A stretch of DNA of 64,000 bases from Desulfuromonadales bacterium. GTDB lineage: Bacteria; Desulfobacterota; Desulfuromonadia; Desulfuromonadales; SZUA-540. Each line of letters opens with the position of its first letter. Position 1 is the stretch's first letter. Below, piece after piece: positions 48,278-58,913 of the stretch. Below the pieces are notes generated by a model. That model was not told the DNA's origin, made no database searches, and was given only the letters and a program-made list of their open reading frames with translations. Location of the stretch: the NCBI GenBank assembly GCA_033549025.1, contig JAWSUS010000013.1, forward strand, positions 20,672 to 84,671. Direction: 5' to 3'. A program made the translations under genes and the position numbers.

Positions 48278-50458
48278 TCAATAAATCCCGCGACTGTTCA
48301 GGAACGACCCATAGGCCTTGTCGGTCTTCTGGATATGGTTGGTCAACCAGGACTTGAGAAAGTTGAAAACGTCACTGGACAGGGTCGCTTTCCCTTGGCT
48401 GAACTGCTCCCGCAGGGAGGCCACCTGCTCGACCAGATCGGCATGGAGTTTCTTGTGCGCCGCCAGATCGGGATAGCCTTTGCTTTGCAGCATCCTCTCT
48501 TCGCTGGAAAAATGCCCCTGCGTATAGGCGATCAGCTCATCAAGAACCTCCCCGAGTACCTGGTTGCCCTGCCCGCCCTTGAGAGCGCGGTAGAGCTTGT
48601 TGACCAGGGCCAGCAGCTTCTTGTGCTGGCGGTCGATCTCGACAATGCCCACGCTGAAAGCCGGGCCCCAGGTCATAAGGTCGTCCGGTGAAGACTCCTC
48701 GCCGCCCCAGCCCAGGGCCGCCTGACCGCCGCCTGCCGCTGCCGGCCGGGAGGGAGCCTCCAGCTGTCTGGCCGAGGAAGCCAGCTGAAAGCTGGAGAGC
48801 ATCTGGCGCAGGTGTTCGGCCTGGCTGGAAAGCTCTTCCGCCGCTGCCGCACTCTCTTCGGCGTTGGCCGTATTCTGCTGGGTGACCTGGTCGATCTGTC
48901 CGAGGCCCTGATTGACCTGGGCGATGCCCTGGGCCTGCTCATTGGAAGACGCCGCGATCTCGGCCACCAGATCCGTCACCTTGGTAATGCCGGCCACAAT
49001 TTCATCCAGGGCCGCCGCCGTCTTGTCGGCGATGTCCGAACCGTTTTCCGCTTTCTTCACCGAGCCTTCAATGAGCTCGGCCGTCTCGCGGGCCGCCTTG
49101 GCGCTGCGCGCGGCCAGGTTGCGGACCTCTTCGGCCACCACCGCAAAGCCCTTGCCGTGCTGCCCGGCCCGGGCCGCTTCGACGGCGGCGTTGAGGGCCA
49201 GCAGATTGGTCTGAAAGGCGATCTCGTCGATCACCTTGATGATTTTGCTGATATTCTGGCCCGATTCGTTGATGGCGACCATCGCCCCGACCATCTGCTG
49301 CATCTGCTCGTTGCCGCGCTCGGCGGCCCCGCGCACATCGGTGGCCAGGGTGTTGGCCTGGGTGGCGTTCTCGGCACTCTGGCGGGTCTGGGAGGCCATC
49401 TGGGTCATGGAGCTGGTAATCTGCTCCAGGGAGCTGGCCTGCTCCGTTGCCCCCTGGGACAGCGACTGGCTCGAATCGGAGACCTGGGCGCTGCCGGCGG
49501 CGATTTGTGAACCGGCCGTCTGCACCTGACCGAGGATGGCGTTGAGGTCGGTGCCGACTTTCTGCAGGGCCAGGCGGACGACATCGTCACCATCCTTGGG
49601 AACCACCCGGAAAGTGAGATCCCCACTGGCCAACTGCTGCAGCGACCCGACGATTTCATTTTGCAGACTGTCCGCAAAAGCATCCATCGTCCGGCCGATG
49701 TGCCCGATCTCATCCTGAGCCGACAGATTGAGGCGGTGGTCGAGATGCCCCCTGTCCATTTCGACGATCATTTTTTCCAGGGCGAGCAGAGGGCGCCGCA
49801 CCAGGGCGCCGAGCAGCACATAGACCCCCAGAGAAGCCAGCAGTAGGCAGACGAGGCCGGTGATGATGCCGCTGGACAGGCTTTTTCCCGACGCGTCCGC
49901 GATCAGCGCGGCCGTCTGCACCTCGGCGTCGCGCAGATCCTTGAGGCTGTAATCCAGGTAGAGGATGCCGGCGAGGTCACCTTCCTTGACCCCTTCGTGA
50001 CAGCCGAAACATTTGGGTTCCATGCGCAGCGGCTGAATGATCAGCAGGGTGTCGTCACGCTGAAATTCCTGCATGGCCGCATCACCCGACAGCGCGCCTT
50101 TGTGCGCCTGCTCGTCCATGCGGCCGCCGACGGACTTGGTCAGATTGGAGTAATGGATATCCCCATCGGGGCCGGCCAGCCCGACTTCTTCCACGTTGCG
50201 GATGGCCCCCAGCTCATTGAGCAGATCGGCAAAGAGATCCATCTCGCCCTGCTCCACCGAGCCCTGGGTGCCAATGTGCAGACTTTCGGCCACTCGCCGG
50301 GCCTGATCATAGATGGCGACCTCCAGTCGTTGCCGGGAATCTTCGCCGGCATCCTTCAGAAGGGCCGTCGCCTGGCGGGTGGAGACAAAGGTGCTGATAC
50401 CGAAAGCGACCAGCAGCAGCAGCACCAGAAAGAGCGTCACTTTTCTCTGGATGTTCAT
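48278..50458 (-). CDS. Methyl-accepting chemotaxis protein with periplasmic heme-c domain and C-terminal hemerythrin
   Basis: CFGCH between TMs; MCP hairpin; hemerythrin [26 protein letters not shown]. Confidence 0.94.
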   Translation of the reverse strand: MNIQRKVTLFLVLLLLVAFGISTFVSTRQATALLKDAGEDSRQRLEVAIYDQARRVAESLHIGTQGSVEQGEMDLFADLLNELGAIRNVEEVGLAGPDGDIHYSNLTKSVGGRMDEQAHKGALSGDAAMQEFQRDDTLLIIQPLRMEPKCFGCHEGVKEGDLAGILYLDYSLKDLRDAEVQTAALIADASGKSLSSGIITGLVCLLLASLGVYVLLGALVRRPLLALEKMIVEMDRGHLDHRLNLSAQDEIGHIGRTMDAFADSLQNEIVGSLQQLASGDLTFRVVPKDGDDVVRLALQKVGTDLNAILGQVQTAGSQIAAGSAQVSDSSQSLSQGATEQASSLEQITSSMTQMASQTRQSAENATQANTLATDVRGAAERGNEQMQQMVGAMVAINESGQNISKIIKVIDEIAFQTNLLALNAAVEAARAGQHGKGFAVVAEEVRNLAARSAKAARETAELIEGSVKKAENGSDIADKTAAALDEIVAGITKVTDLVAEIAASSNEQAQGIAQVNQGLGQIDQVTQQNTANAEESAAAAEELSSQAEHLRQMLSSFQLASSARQLEAPSRPAAAGGGQAALGWGGEESSPDDLMTWGPAFSVGIVEIDRQHKKLLALVNKLYRALKGGQGNQVLGEVLDELIAYTQGHFSSEERMLQSKGYPDLAAHKKLHADLVEQVASLREQFSQGKATLSSDVFNFLKSWLTNHIQKTDKAYGSFLNSRGIY

Positions 50459-50614
50459 TGCAGCGATACCTCATCGTTAAGGTTCAATAACCATCCCCCT
50501 ATCAAAGCCTGTCGAAAACCCGGCTGGGTCTACCCGGGGGCAGGGTGCGCACGCCCAGGGGTTTCGACGGCATAATCATCCATGATCAGCGGCAGCTTCC
50601 GGCCATAAAGCTTT

Positions 50615-51127
50615 TTATCCCTGGCTGACGGTATCGAGCTGCTCCAGCTCCTCCTCGTACAACAGGCGGCTGACATCGAGCAGAATCTTGACTTCTTCGC
50701 CAACCTTGCCCATGCCCTGAATGTAGCGGTTCTTCCCCTTGCTGCTGCTGGGAGCGGGTTCGATCTGTTCGGCCGGAATCTCGAGAACCTCGCTGACTTC
50801 ATCGACCACCAGCCCGACGCTCTTGCCGTCGAGGTTGACGACGATGATGCAGGTCCGTTCGTCATAGGGGCGGCTGGGCAGATTGAAGCGCAGGCGCACA
50901 TCCATCACCGGAATGACCTTCCCGCGCAGGTTGATAACGCCACGGATGAAGTCGGGCATATCGGGGACATCGGTAATCTTCTGGATACCGATAATCTCCG
51001 TTACGTGACGGATTTCAATGCCATAGCCAACCTCTGCCAGCTGAAAAGTCAAAAATTTGCCTTTGAGGGTATCTTCATTGTCGGCCAGATGATCCGCCAT
51101 ATCCCATTGAGATACAGAACTTGCCAT
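50615..51127 (-). CDS. cheW: Chemotaxis coupling protein CheW (second copy)
   Basis: KFLTFQL, EIIGIQ.IT.VP, GVINLRGKVIPVMD, GLVVDEVSEV. Confidence 0.95.
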   Translation of the reverse strand: MASSVSQWDMADHLADNEDTLKGKFLTFQLAEVGYGIEIRHVTEIIGIQKITDVPDMPDFIRGVINLRGKVIPVMDVRLRFNLPSRPYDERTCIIVVNLDGKSVGLVVDEVSEVLEIPAEQIEPAPSSSKGKNRYIQGMGKVGEEVKILLDVSRLLYEEELEQLDTVSQG

Positions 51128-51224
51128 GATTCGCTCCTTAGTCGGGCTAAAGTGAAGGGCCGGCAGCCCCAGCTACCGGCCGTATTATGCAAAAACTATG
51201 TCAAGACAACCATAAGAGAAGAAC

Positions 51225-53414
51225 CTACTCGCCCCAGCCAAGCTGGGCAGGGGGCGTGGCCGGCGCGGACTCGAGGCGGGTCCGACGCTCTTCCTGCAGC
51301 TTGAAGTGGGCCAGCATCTGCCGCAACTGCTCGGCCTGTCCGGACAGCTCTTCGGCGGCGGCGGCGCTCTCTTCGGCGTTGGCCGTATTCTGCTGGGTGA
51401 CCTGGTCGATCTGCCCCAACCCCTGGTTGACCTGGGCAATGCCCTGGGCCTGCTCGTTGCTGGCCGCGGCGATTTCGGCGACCAGATCGGTCACCTTAGT
51501 GATGCCGGTAACGATCTTGCCCAGCGCCTGCTCCGTCATGCCGGCGATTTCGGCGCCGTTTTCCGCCGCCTTGACCGAACCTTCGATGAGCTCGGCCGTT
51601 TCCCGCGCCGCCGTGGCGCTGCGGGCCGCCAAGTTGCGCACTTCCTCGGCCACCACGGCAAAACCCTTGCCGTGCTGACCCGCCCGGGCCGCTTCGACGG
51701 CGGCGTTAAGAGCCAGCAAATTGGTCTGGAAGGCGATCTCGTCGATGACCTTGATGATTTTGCCGATGTTCTGGCCCGATTCGTTGATGGAGGCCATGGC
51801 CGTGACCATCTGCTGCATGCTGGCGTTGCCCATTTCGGCATCCTGCCGCACCTCACCGGCCATCTGATTGGCCAGCGTGGCGTTTTCGGCATTCTGCTTG
51901 GTCTGGGACGCCATCTCGGTCATGCTGCTGGTGATTTCTTCCAGGCTGGAGGCCTGCTCGGTGGCGCCCTGCGACAGGGACTGGGCCGAATCGGAGACCT
52001 GGGCGCTGCCGGAAGCCATCTGCTGGGCACCATGATTGATTTCGCCGATCACCTCGGTGAGGCTGCGGACCATCTTCTGGAAGGACAGGCCCATGGCATC
52101 CTTTTCCGAGGCCATGGCAACCTGCACCCGCAGATCGCCCGAGGCGATGGCTTCCGCCTCTTCTCCTTTACGGCGCAGCGAGGCGACCATCGTCTGCAGA
52201 GACCGCAGCAAATCGCCGACCTCGTCCTTTGAGGTCACCTGAATATCATGGTCCAGATCGCCGAGAGCCACGGATTCCGTCACTTTCACGGCCCGTTGCA
52301 GCGAAGAAGTGACGCCGCGCGCCACCAGCACGAGGATGCCGACGATAATGAGCAGAGAGACCAACAGGCCGCCGCCAAGGCGGGTGCGGATGGCCCCTTG
52401 GGCCTCATCGGCTTTTTCCTGCATGCCGGCGATCATTCCCTTGACCTCTTTCATGTCGAAGGCGAGCACCATGACGCCAACGGGCCGGCCGGAATAGTCG
52501 GGAACGGGGAAGGCCTTGACGAAATGGCCATCGACCTCTTTTTCCACATCGGCCTTGACGGCCGCTTCCAGCAGCTGTGCATCCACCACGGCATCCGTGA
52601 TTTCCTTGCCAGTGGAGGTCATGTAGACGAATTTGTCTCCGACGGGAGGGTTCTTCGCGGGATCTTTCAGGCCGGTGGCGATGGAGAGCATGGAAGAGTC
52701 CATGTAGACCGCCAACTGGTAGTCGTCGCTGACATGGTTGGCCTTGAGCAGATTATCGAAGGACAGCAGAATTTCGCAGGAGCCGAGATGACGGCCGTCG
52801 GCGGCGGTTATCGGGGCGAGGCCGCGGATGGAAAAGCCGCCCCGGCCGACCTCGATGCCGCGAATCGGCCGATGATCGCCACGGTTGATCTCCATGACGG
52901 TTTGGCGGAAGGAGGAAATATCGTCGGATATGTCCAGCTTTTCACCGTTGCGGCGGGTCTGCCAGCCGTCCCGCCACACCCGGGCGAGACTGCGGCCGTT
53001 GGGCAGGTGAAAATGAAGCTGCAATTCCTTGATGCCGGTCTGGCGGGCATAGCCGGCCAGAAAGGGCTTCAGTTCCCGACGCAATAGCTCGCGGGCCTGT
53101 TGGCCTTTGGGATCGGCCTCATTTTCGATATTCCCCGACAGGGCAATTTCATAGGCCTGTTGCACCACGGGAATTTCGGAAAAGAGCGCCGTCATTTCCA
53201 GGGCCTTGCTGCCCACTTCGCCAATGCCGTCGGTAATGGCTTCCTGCCGCTCCTGGGCGCGCGCGGAGAGAGAATGGCCCGCGTAGTCTTCCACACGGTC
53301 CTTCTGGCTCTGCACCAAGGTGCCGATCATCGCCGTCACCGCCACAAAAGCGATCAGGGCAAAGACGACAAATGATGCCGCCACGGGGACAATAAACTTA
53401 GTCTGAATTTTCAT
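51225..53414 (-). CDS. Methyl-accepting chemotaxis protein with Cache-type sensor
   Basis: [32 protein letters not shown] pattern; HAMP; MCP hairpin. Confidence 0.93.
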   Translation of the reverse strand: MKIQTKFIVPVAASFVVFALIAFVAVTAMIGTLVQSQKDRVEDYAGHSLSARAQERQEAITDGIGEVGSKALEMTALFSEIPVVQQAYEIALSGNIENEADPKGQQARELLRRELKPFLAGYARQTGIKELQLHFHLPNGRSLARVWRDGWQTRRNGEKLDISDDISSFRQTVMEINRGDHRPIRGIEVGRGGFSIRGLAPITAADGRHLGSCEILLSFDNLLKANHVSDDYQLAVYMDSSMLSIATGLKDPAKNPPVGDKFVYMTSTGKEITDAVVDAQLLEAAVKADVEKEVDGHFVKAFPVPDYSGRPVGVMVLAFDMKEVKGMIAGMQEKADEAQGAIRTRLGGGLLVSLLIIVGILVLVARGVTSSLQRAVKVTESVALGDLDHDIQVTSKDEVGDLLRSLQTMVASLRRKGEEAEAIASGDLRVQVAMASEKDAMGLSFQKMVRSLTEVIGEINHGAQQMASGSAQVSDSAQSLSQGATEQASSLEEITSSMTEMASQTKQNAENATLANQMAGEVRQDAEMGNASMQQMVTAMASINESGQNIGKIIKVIDEIAFQTNLLALNAAVEAARAGQHGKGFAVVAEEVRNLAARSATAARETAELIEGSVKAAENGAEIAGMTEQALGKIVTGITKVTDLVAEIAAASNEQAQGIAQVNQGLGQIDQVTQQNTANAEESAAAAEELSGQAEQLRQMLAHFKLQEERRTRLESAPATPPAQLGWGE

Positions 53415-53544
53415 GGAACCTCCTGCTTACCGCCGGTTGATAAAAGACTTCCGGTTGTTTTCTGCGCTGTGGTGACTGTGGCAGGCCAGGACATGGCGCA
53501 CTATCGTGTCGTCATCCCTGTGCCAGCCGAGCCGCTCATTGGGA

Positions 53545-55782
53545 TCAGTATCGTCCGTACTCGTCGTCGTCGAGGGAAATAGAAACGTTAGGAGCCACCT
53601 TGGCCGGAGGCGCGGGCTGAACCTTTCGCGCGGGCGGCTGAACCGGCGGCAGGCTTTCAACAGCCGGTGGCGCAAGGGCCTTCACCCCCTGCTTGAGCTG
53701 GAACCGCTGCAGCATTTGCTGCAGCTGCGAAGCCTGTCCGGACAGTTCTTCCGCCGCCGCCGCGCTCTGCTCGGCATTGGCGGTATTCTGTTGGGTCACC
53801 TGATCGATCTGCCCCAGGCCCTGGTTGACCTGGGCAATCCCCTGGGCCTGCTCGTTGGAGGCGGCGGCAATTTCGGCGACCAGATCGTTGACTTTGGTGA
53901 TGCCCTGGACGATTTCCGTCAGGGCGCCGGCCGTCTCGTCGGCGATGGCAGCGCCGTTCTCCGCCTTCTTCACCGAGCCCTCGATTAGTTCGGCGGTCTC
54001 CGAAGCGGCCTTGGCGCTGCGAGCCGCCAGATTGCGCACCTCTTCCGCCACCACGGCGAACCCCTTGCCGTGCTGCCCGGCTCGGGCCGCCTCCACGGCA
54101 GCATTCAATGCCAGCAGGTTGGTCTGGAATGCGATCTCGTCGATGACCTTGATAATCTTGCTGATATTCTGGCCAGCCTCGTTGATTTCTCCCATGGCCT
54201 GCATCATCTGCCGCATCTGTCGACTACCGTCTTCAGCGGCTCCCTGAGTCTGAGTGGCCAGGGTGCTGGCCTGGCCGGCATTCTCGGCGTTGTGACGAAT
54301 CTGCGACGCCATCTCGGTCATGGAACTGGTAATTTCCTCCAGACTCGAGGCGCTTTCCGTCGCCCCCTGGGAAAGGGACTGACTGCTGTCCGAAACCTGG
54401 GCGCTGCCGGAGGCGATCTGCTCGCCGGCCAGCAGAATCTCGCCCATCAATTGATTGAGATCCTCCTCCAGGGCCTTCAGGGCACCGCGTACCGCGTCCT
54501 TTTCATCCCGTGGCACAATCGTATAGGTCAAATCTCCCTGCGCCAGGCGCTGCAGGGCATCGACCACTTCATGCTGCAGGCTGTCGGCAAAGGCATCCAG
54601 GGTACGGGCCATGTGGCCGAACTCGTCGCGCCGATTCAGGTTAAGACGGCCATCGAGATGTCCCTTCTCCATTTCCGTCAGCATATGGCTGACCGCATGA
54701 AGGGGCCGCAAGGTGCGACGGGCGAACAAGGCCGCCAGCAGCGAGGCGGCCAGAGCGATGACCACCGCGCCCACCAGCATGGACATCCGCAACTGGCCGA
54801 AGGAACGTTCAATAACATGGGCGGTGGCCAGAAACTCGTCTTCCGGAATGCTGGCCCCCACTACCCAGTCATAATCCGGATAGTAGGTGAAGCGCACGAT
54901 CGTCTGGTGGACCTGATTATCGAAAGGATTGGTCACTTCGACACGCGCATCCAGCATCTCACCCGGTTGGGCTTTGGCCGCCTTGTCGAGCATCTCCTGG
55001 ATATAGGGACGACCGTTCTGATCGGTCGCCTTGAGCATGTTCTTGCCGTCGTTTTTGCCCGCGGGAGAAATGACGAATTCCCCCCGCCGTTCTCCCGAGC
55101 CCACCAGGGCCCAGACATACCCTTTTTCTCCGAGCTTGACGGCTTTCAGCAGGGATTTGAGATCCTCCATCTCGCGCCGCTCACCCTCGACGTCATAGAG
55201 GGATTCCAGCTCATCAATAAAAACCCCGGGGGCGATGATCAGATCGAGGGGCTCGAAATAGCGGTAGTATACGGCCTTGTCCCGCTTGGCGGTCACGGCG
55301 TGATAGGTGATGTAGCCATTTTTGCGCTGGCGCATTTCATCAATGTGAGCCTGGCCCGACAGATCCTTCCCCTCACTGGAAGGGTGAATGGTCAGAACCC
55401 CCTGGCTGTTCATGCCGAAGGCGTAGCCTGTCTTGGCAATTTTGTCCGACAGAAGAATCTCGCGGATGCGCAACCAGGCCTGCTGCGGCGTGCTCTGGGC
55501 ATATATGGCCTCGACCCGGGCCAGTTGACTGTCTGCCGTGGAGCGCAGGTAGTTCTTGACGGCGGTAGCCCGTTGCTGGGCAATGGCGTTCTGCTTGGCC
55601 TCGGCCAGGTTCAGGGCGCCGGCAATGACGTAATCGAGACTGGTGCGCCCGACTTTCTGCGCCTCTTCCGTCGCCTGCCGGCGGGCGTCGGCCGAATTGA
55701 ACTCGGAAACAACGAGAATCGCCCCGAGCGGCACCAGCACCGCCAAAACGACCATGACAATAAGTTTGAATTTGAAGGACAC
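53545..55782 (-). CDS. Methyl-accepting chemotaxis protein with tandem Cache domains
   Basis: [13 protein letters not shown] and [19 protein letters not shown] hairpin; EYGRY tail; GTG 55782 after AAGGAG. Confidence 0.92.
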   Translation of the reverse strand: MSFKFKLIVMVVLAVLVPLGAILVVSEFNSADARRQATEEAQKVGRTSLDYVIAGALNLAEAKQNAIAQQRATAVKNYLRSTADSQLARVEAIYAQSTPQQAWLRIREILLSDKIAKTGYAFGMNSQGVLTIHPSSEGKDLSGQAHIDEMRQRKNGYITYHAVTAKRDKAVYYRYFEPLDLIIAPGVFIDELESLYDVEGERREMEDLKSLLKAVKLGEKGYVWALVGSGERRGEFVISPAGKNDGKNMLKATDQNGRPYIQEMLDKAAKAQPGEMLDARVEVTNPFDNQVHQTIVRFTYYPDYDWVVGASIPEDEFLATAHVIERSFGQLRMSMLVGAVVIALAASLLAALFARRTLRPLHAVSHMLTEMEKGHLDGRLNLNRRDEFGHMARTLDAFADSLQHEVVDALQRLAQGDLTYTIVPRDEKDAVRGALKALEEDLNQLMGEILLAGEQIASGSAQVSDSSQSLSQGATESASSLEEITSSMTEMASQIRHNAENAGQASTLATQTQGAAEDGSRQMRQMMQAMGEINEAGQNISKIIKVIDEIAFQTNLLALNAAVEAARAGQHGKGFAVVAEEVRNLAARSAKAASETAELIEGSVKKAENGAAIADETAGALTEIVQGITKVNDLVAEIAAASNEQAQGIAQVNQGLGQIDQVTQQNTANAEQSAAAAEELSGQASQLQQMLQRFQLKQGVKALAPPAVESLPPVQPPARKVQPAPPAKVAPNVSISLDDDEYGRY

Positions 55783-55874
55783 GAGTTTTAGCTCCTTTGC
55801 CTGAAAGATCATTATTGGGTCGATTTGGGTCGCTTTATCAAACCCATGAGACACATCGCCCTGACCTTCCTACA

Positions 55875-55889
55875 GCAACAGGAATGCCA
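55875..55889 (-). promoter_or_regulatory. sigma54 promoter of the MCP cluster
   Basis: Minus strand TGGCAT-TCCTG-TTGC. Confidence 0.85.
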
Positions 55890-55957
55890 ACCCGTCAATT
55901 GGAAACAATAGTCATTATTTTCAAATACTTACTAAATCAGAGACCGCTCCGGAAAGG

Positions 55958-56061
55958 ATCAACCAAAGTTGACAACTAACGGCAGCTCATGGCGTCAGCC
56001 CCTGAGATATCAGATACTTACCTCTTTCATAACCAGGGTTATAGATGCAACCCAGGTTGCC
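55958..56061. promoter_or_regulatory. Three dyad enhancer (UAS) sites plus IHF-like site
   Basis: ATCAAC-caaa-GTTGAC (55958-55973), ATAAC-cagg-GTTAT (56029-56042), TGCAAC-ccag-GTTGCC (56046-56061); TATCAGATACTTA at 56008-56020 is one mismatch from WATCAANNNNTTR. Confidence 0.65.
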
Positions 56062-56174
56062 GGGTTCCCAAAGGGCACGCCGGGGAGTTATGGGACGATT
56101 CTGAAAAGGAAAGTTCGGCTGGGAGCCAGGGGAATTGCAAAGCGAAAGGATAAACACTGAGGAGGGAGTTGGCT

Positions 56175-56207
56175 GCAACGGGCGGGACGGAAAATCCCGC
56201 CCGTTGC
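56175..56207 (-). terminator. Hairpin after MCP, probable terminator
   Basis: GCAACGGGCGGGA...TCCCGCCCGTTGC 13-bp stem; no clear U tract on the minus strand. Confidence 0.55.
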
Positions 56208-56222
56208 TCCCTTGTTCTGTTT

Positions 56223-58427
56223 TTAATAGCGTCCGAACTCGCCATCATCGAGAGCGATGATTTCACGGGGGAGGGGCGAGGGCTTTGAAATTTCACGACG
56301 AAACGACTGGTGAGCCGCGGGCTGAGAGGCCGCGACCGCCTCCCAGCCGATAGCGGCCAGGGCCCTGGATGGTTCGCCAGCCAGCTCCTGCGCATCATCC
56401 CGCAGCATGAAACGCTGCAGCATCTGCTGCAGCTCGGCGGCCTGGGAGGAAAGCTCCTGGGCGGCCGCCGCGCTCTGCTCGGCGCTGGCCGTGTTCTGCT
56501 GGGTGACCTTGTCAATCTGGTCAAGCCCCAGGTTCACCTGGGCGATACCCTGGGCCTGCTCATTGCTCGCTGCGGCGATTTCGGCCACCAGCTCGTTGGA
56601 TTTGGATACATTATGGAGGATTTCCTGCAGAGCTTCGGCCGTACGGTCGGCTATGGCCGAACCGTTTTCCGTCTTTCTGACCGTTCCTTCGATGAGAGCG
56701 GCCGTCTCCTGGGCGGCCTTGGCGCTGCGGGCGGCCAGGCTGCGAACTTCTTCGGCGACGACAGCGAAGCCTTTGCCGTGCTGCCCCGCCCGGGCCGCCT
56801 CCACGGCGGCATTGAGGGCCAGCAGGTTGGTCTGAAAGGCAATCTCATCGATCACCTTGATAATTTTGGAGATATCGTGACTGGCCCCGGTAATTTCATC
56901 CATGGCCTGCACCATCTCCGCCATCTGCTCATGGCCCCGGCCGGCCGCCTGTCGAGCCGTTTCGGTCAGCCGGCTGGCCGCATTGGCGTTTTCGGCATTG
57001 AGGCGCGTCTGGGACGTCAACTCATGCATGGACGCAGAGATCTCTTCGAGGGAACTGGCCTGCTCCGTCGCCCCCTGAGAGAGGGCCTGACTTGAATCGG
57101 AAACCTGGGCGCTGCTTGAGGCAATGCGCTCGGCCGCCGCGCGGACTTTCCACAACGAGAGATTGAGTTTTTCGCTGACCCCTTTGAGGGCGATGCGGGT
57201 GGAATCCTTGTCATCCCGGGGCTTGGGCTTGAAACGGATATCTCCCTCCGCCAGCTTGTTGAGCGTCACCAGCAGTACGTTCTCAAAGTTGTTCGACAGG
57301 GCATCCATGCTACGAGCCATCTGTCCCACTTCGTCCTTGCGGTCATGCAGGTTGAGACGGTGATAGTAGCGTCCCCGCTCGATTTCATCGATCATCTCCG
57401 CTGCCCGACGGATAGGGACCGCCAGACCTCTGGCCAGGACGAAGCCGAAGCCAAGGGCCGCCGCTACGCCCGCCAGGACGGCGCCGACCATAAAGAGGGT
57501 CGACCTGGCTTCCAGCCTTGCGGCCTCGCCGCGGCTCTGGTCCGCCAGACGCTGATTGAGATCTAGCAGTTCCCGCAGTTTCTCCTGCGCTCCTCTGAAG
57601 GCCACCATTTCTTCGCCGAAGGCCACCTTGGCAGCCGACCGCAGCAGTTCGATATCCGCCCCGACGATCAACTGGGCCATATCGAACTGGTCAATCAGTT
57701 CCGAAAAGGTCGGTTCGACCTCTTGGTGAAAAAGCCGGCGTGCCTCCGCGTAGCGACCTTGGACAAGAAGGGTGTTGATCGTTGCGGCACCCCGGTGCAG
57801 CTGTGCATGGGGTTCGGTAAACGCCGCCATCACTTCGACGAGATCCGGGTTTTTCGGCTCGAAAGTCTGCAGCCAGGCGCCAAATTCGCAGAGGGCGGGA
57901 TCAAGCTGCCCGCCGAAAGATTGTCGCCGATCGATGGCCCGATCCAACGCATCGATCCAGTTCACATGATCCAGCTTGCGGCTGACGAGAATGGTCTCGA
58001 GGCGCTCGATGTCGTCGTCCTTTACCAATACGGTCATCTCGGTGACCGTCACATTGGTTGTTTTCCAGGCTTCCCAAGCTTCTTTGAAGGCGACCCAGAG
58101 AGCCTGTTCTTCCGCCGTTTTTTCCAGCGCCTCGAAACGGCTGAATTCCTCTTCGGCCTCGGCCCAATTACGGCTCAGATTCTCCAGCTCCTGGAGACGG
58201 TCTTCCCGGCTGACACTGGGAATCAATAAGGTTCTTTCGGCCGTGGTGATGGCATTCTGCAGCTGGGCCAGTTTTTCCACCGTGGAAACGGCAGGCAGGC
58301 GCACCTGGGCAATCTCCTGCACCCCCTGGTTGGTCTGGCGCAGACCATACCAGCCGACACCGCCAACCAGCGCGGCGATGAGGGCCAGCAGCGAAAAGGC
58401 TCCCATCAATTTGGCGAAAATCGTCAT
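56223..58427 (-). CDS. Methyl-accepting chemotaxis protein; 4-helix-bundle sensor with inserted CZB domain (paralog of 5663-7873)
   Basis: [18 protein letters not shown] between TMs; MCP hairpin; EFGRY tail. Confidence 0.93.
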   Translation of the reverse strand: MTIFAKLMGAFSLLALIAALVGGVGWYGLRQTNQGVQEIAQVRLPAVSTVEKLAQLQNAITTAERTLLIPSVSREDRLQELENLSRNWAEAEEEFSRFEALEKTAEEQALWVAFKEAWEAWKTTNVTVTEMTVLVKDDDIERLETILVSRKLDHVNWIDALDRAIDRRQSFGGQLDPALCEFGAWLQTFEPKNPDLVEVMAAFTEPHAQLHRGAATINTLLVQGRYAEARRLFHQEVEPTFSELIDQFDMAQLIVGADIELLRSAAKVAFGEEMVAFRGAQEKLRELLDLNQRLADQSRGEAARLEARSTLFMVGAVLAGVAAALGFGFVLARGLAVPIRRAAEMIDEIERGRYYHRLNLHDRKDEVGQMARSMDALSNNFENVLLVTLNKLAEGDIRFKPKPRDDKDSTRIALKGVSEKLNLSLWKVRAAAERIASSSAQVSDSSQALSQGATEQASSLEEISASMHELTSQTRLNAENANAASRLTETARQAAGRGHEQMAEMVQAMDEITGASHDISKIIKVIDEIAFQTNLLALNAAVEAARAGQHGKGFAVVAEEVRSLAARSAKAAQETAALIEGTVRKTENGSAIADRTAEALQEILHNVSKSNELVAEIAAASNEQAQGIAQVNLGLDQIDKVTQQNTASAEQSAAAAQELSSQAAELQQMLQRFMLRDDAQELAGEPSRALAAIGWEAVAASQPAAHQSFRREISKPSPLPREIIALDDGEFGRY

Positions 58428-58651
58428 GATCCGCTCCTTTCCCCCGCGACAAGGGGGTTCACATTCTTTGCCGCAGTTTTCAGCTGACTGGAGTGCCGGG
58501 AAAAAATCTCACATTCATCAAAGTGACCGCCGCAAAAATAGATAGCGGCCTCGGCCGAATTGCTGGTCAGATCGGCACAGTGACAGCCAGCATAGGGCCT
58601 CCTTACCAGAGGGCATATTTTCCCGGCGCCCGGATTGCGGGGTTCGTTCAT
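58424..58651 (-). CDS. Small Cys-rich hypothetical protein (about 75 aa)
   Basis: [19 protein letters not shown]; stop overlaps MCP start (ATGA). Start uncertain. Confidence 0.65.
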   Translation of the reverse strand: MNEPRNPGAGKICPLVRRPYAGCHCADLTSNSAEAAIYFCGGHFDECEIFSRHSSQLKTAAKNVNPLVAGERSGS

Positions 58652-58718
58652 GGGGATATCCGTTCTTGAGGAAGTAGGTGTCGCGTATCGCCTTCGGGCG
58701 ATCTGACTATATGGACTT

Positions 58719-58733
58719 CCAAAAGTCATGCCG
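58719..58733 (-). promoter_or_regulatory. Possible non-canonical sigma54 promoter
   Basis: CGGCAT-GACTT-TTGG (G instead of C at -12), about 70 bp upstream of the small ORF. Confidence 0.4.
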
Positions 58734-58913
58734 CTTTTCCGGCGCTATTTTCAGCGACGCAAAAGAACGGATTTACCATGTGAATAAGGGGGTTGGTCCG
58801 GCGAAAAAGGGCAAACCGGGGGAAAGGCTGGATGCCCTCGGGGAGAGAAAGAGCCGATCCGCTGTGCCAGCGCCGTGGGCACAGCTGTGCCATGGCACAG
58901 AGGGCAAAAAGCC

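Noticed and set aside
51150..51205. c-di-GMP-I (GEMM) riboswitch or promoter before cheW
   Set aside because: Only a fragment (GGTAGC..GGGCTGCC) in a simple hairpin, no P1/GNRA part; TGACAT-N5-TTGC lacks the -24 GG and the TTGACA/CATAAT spacing is too short.
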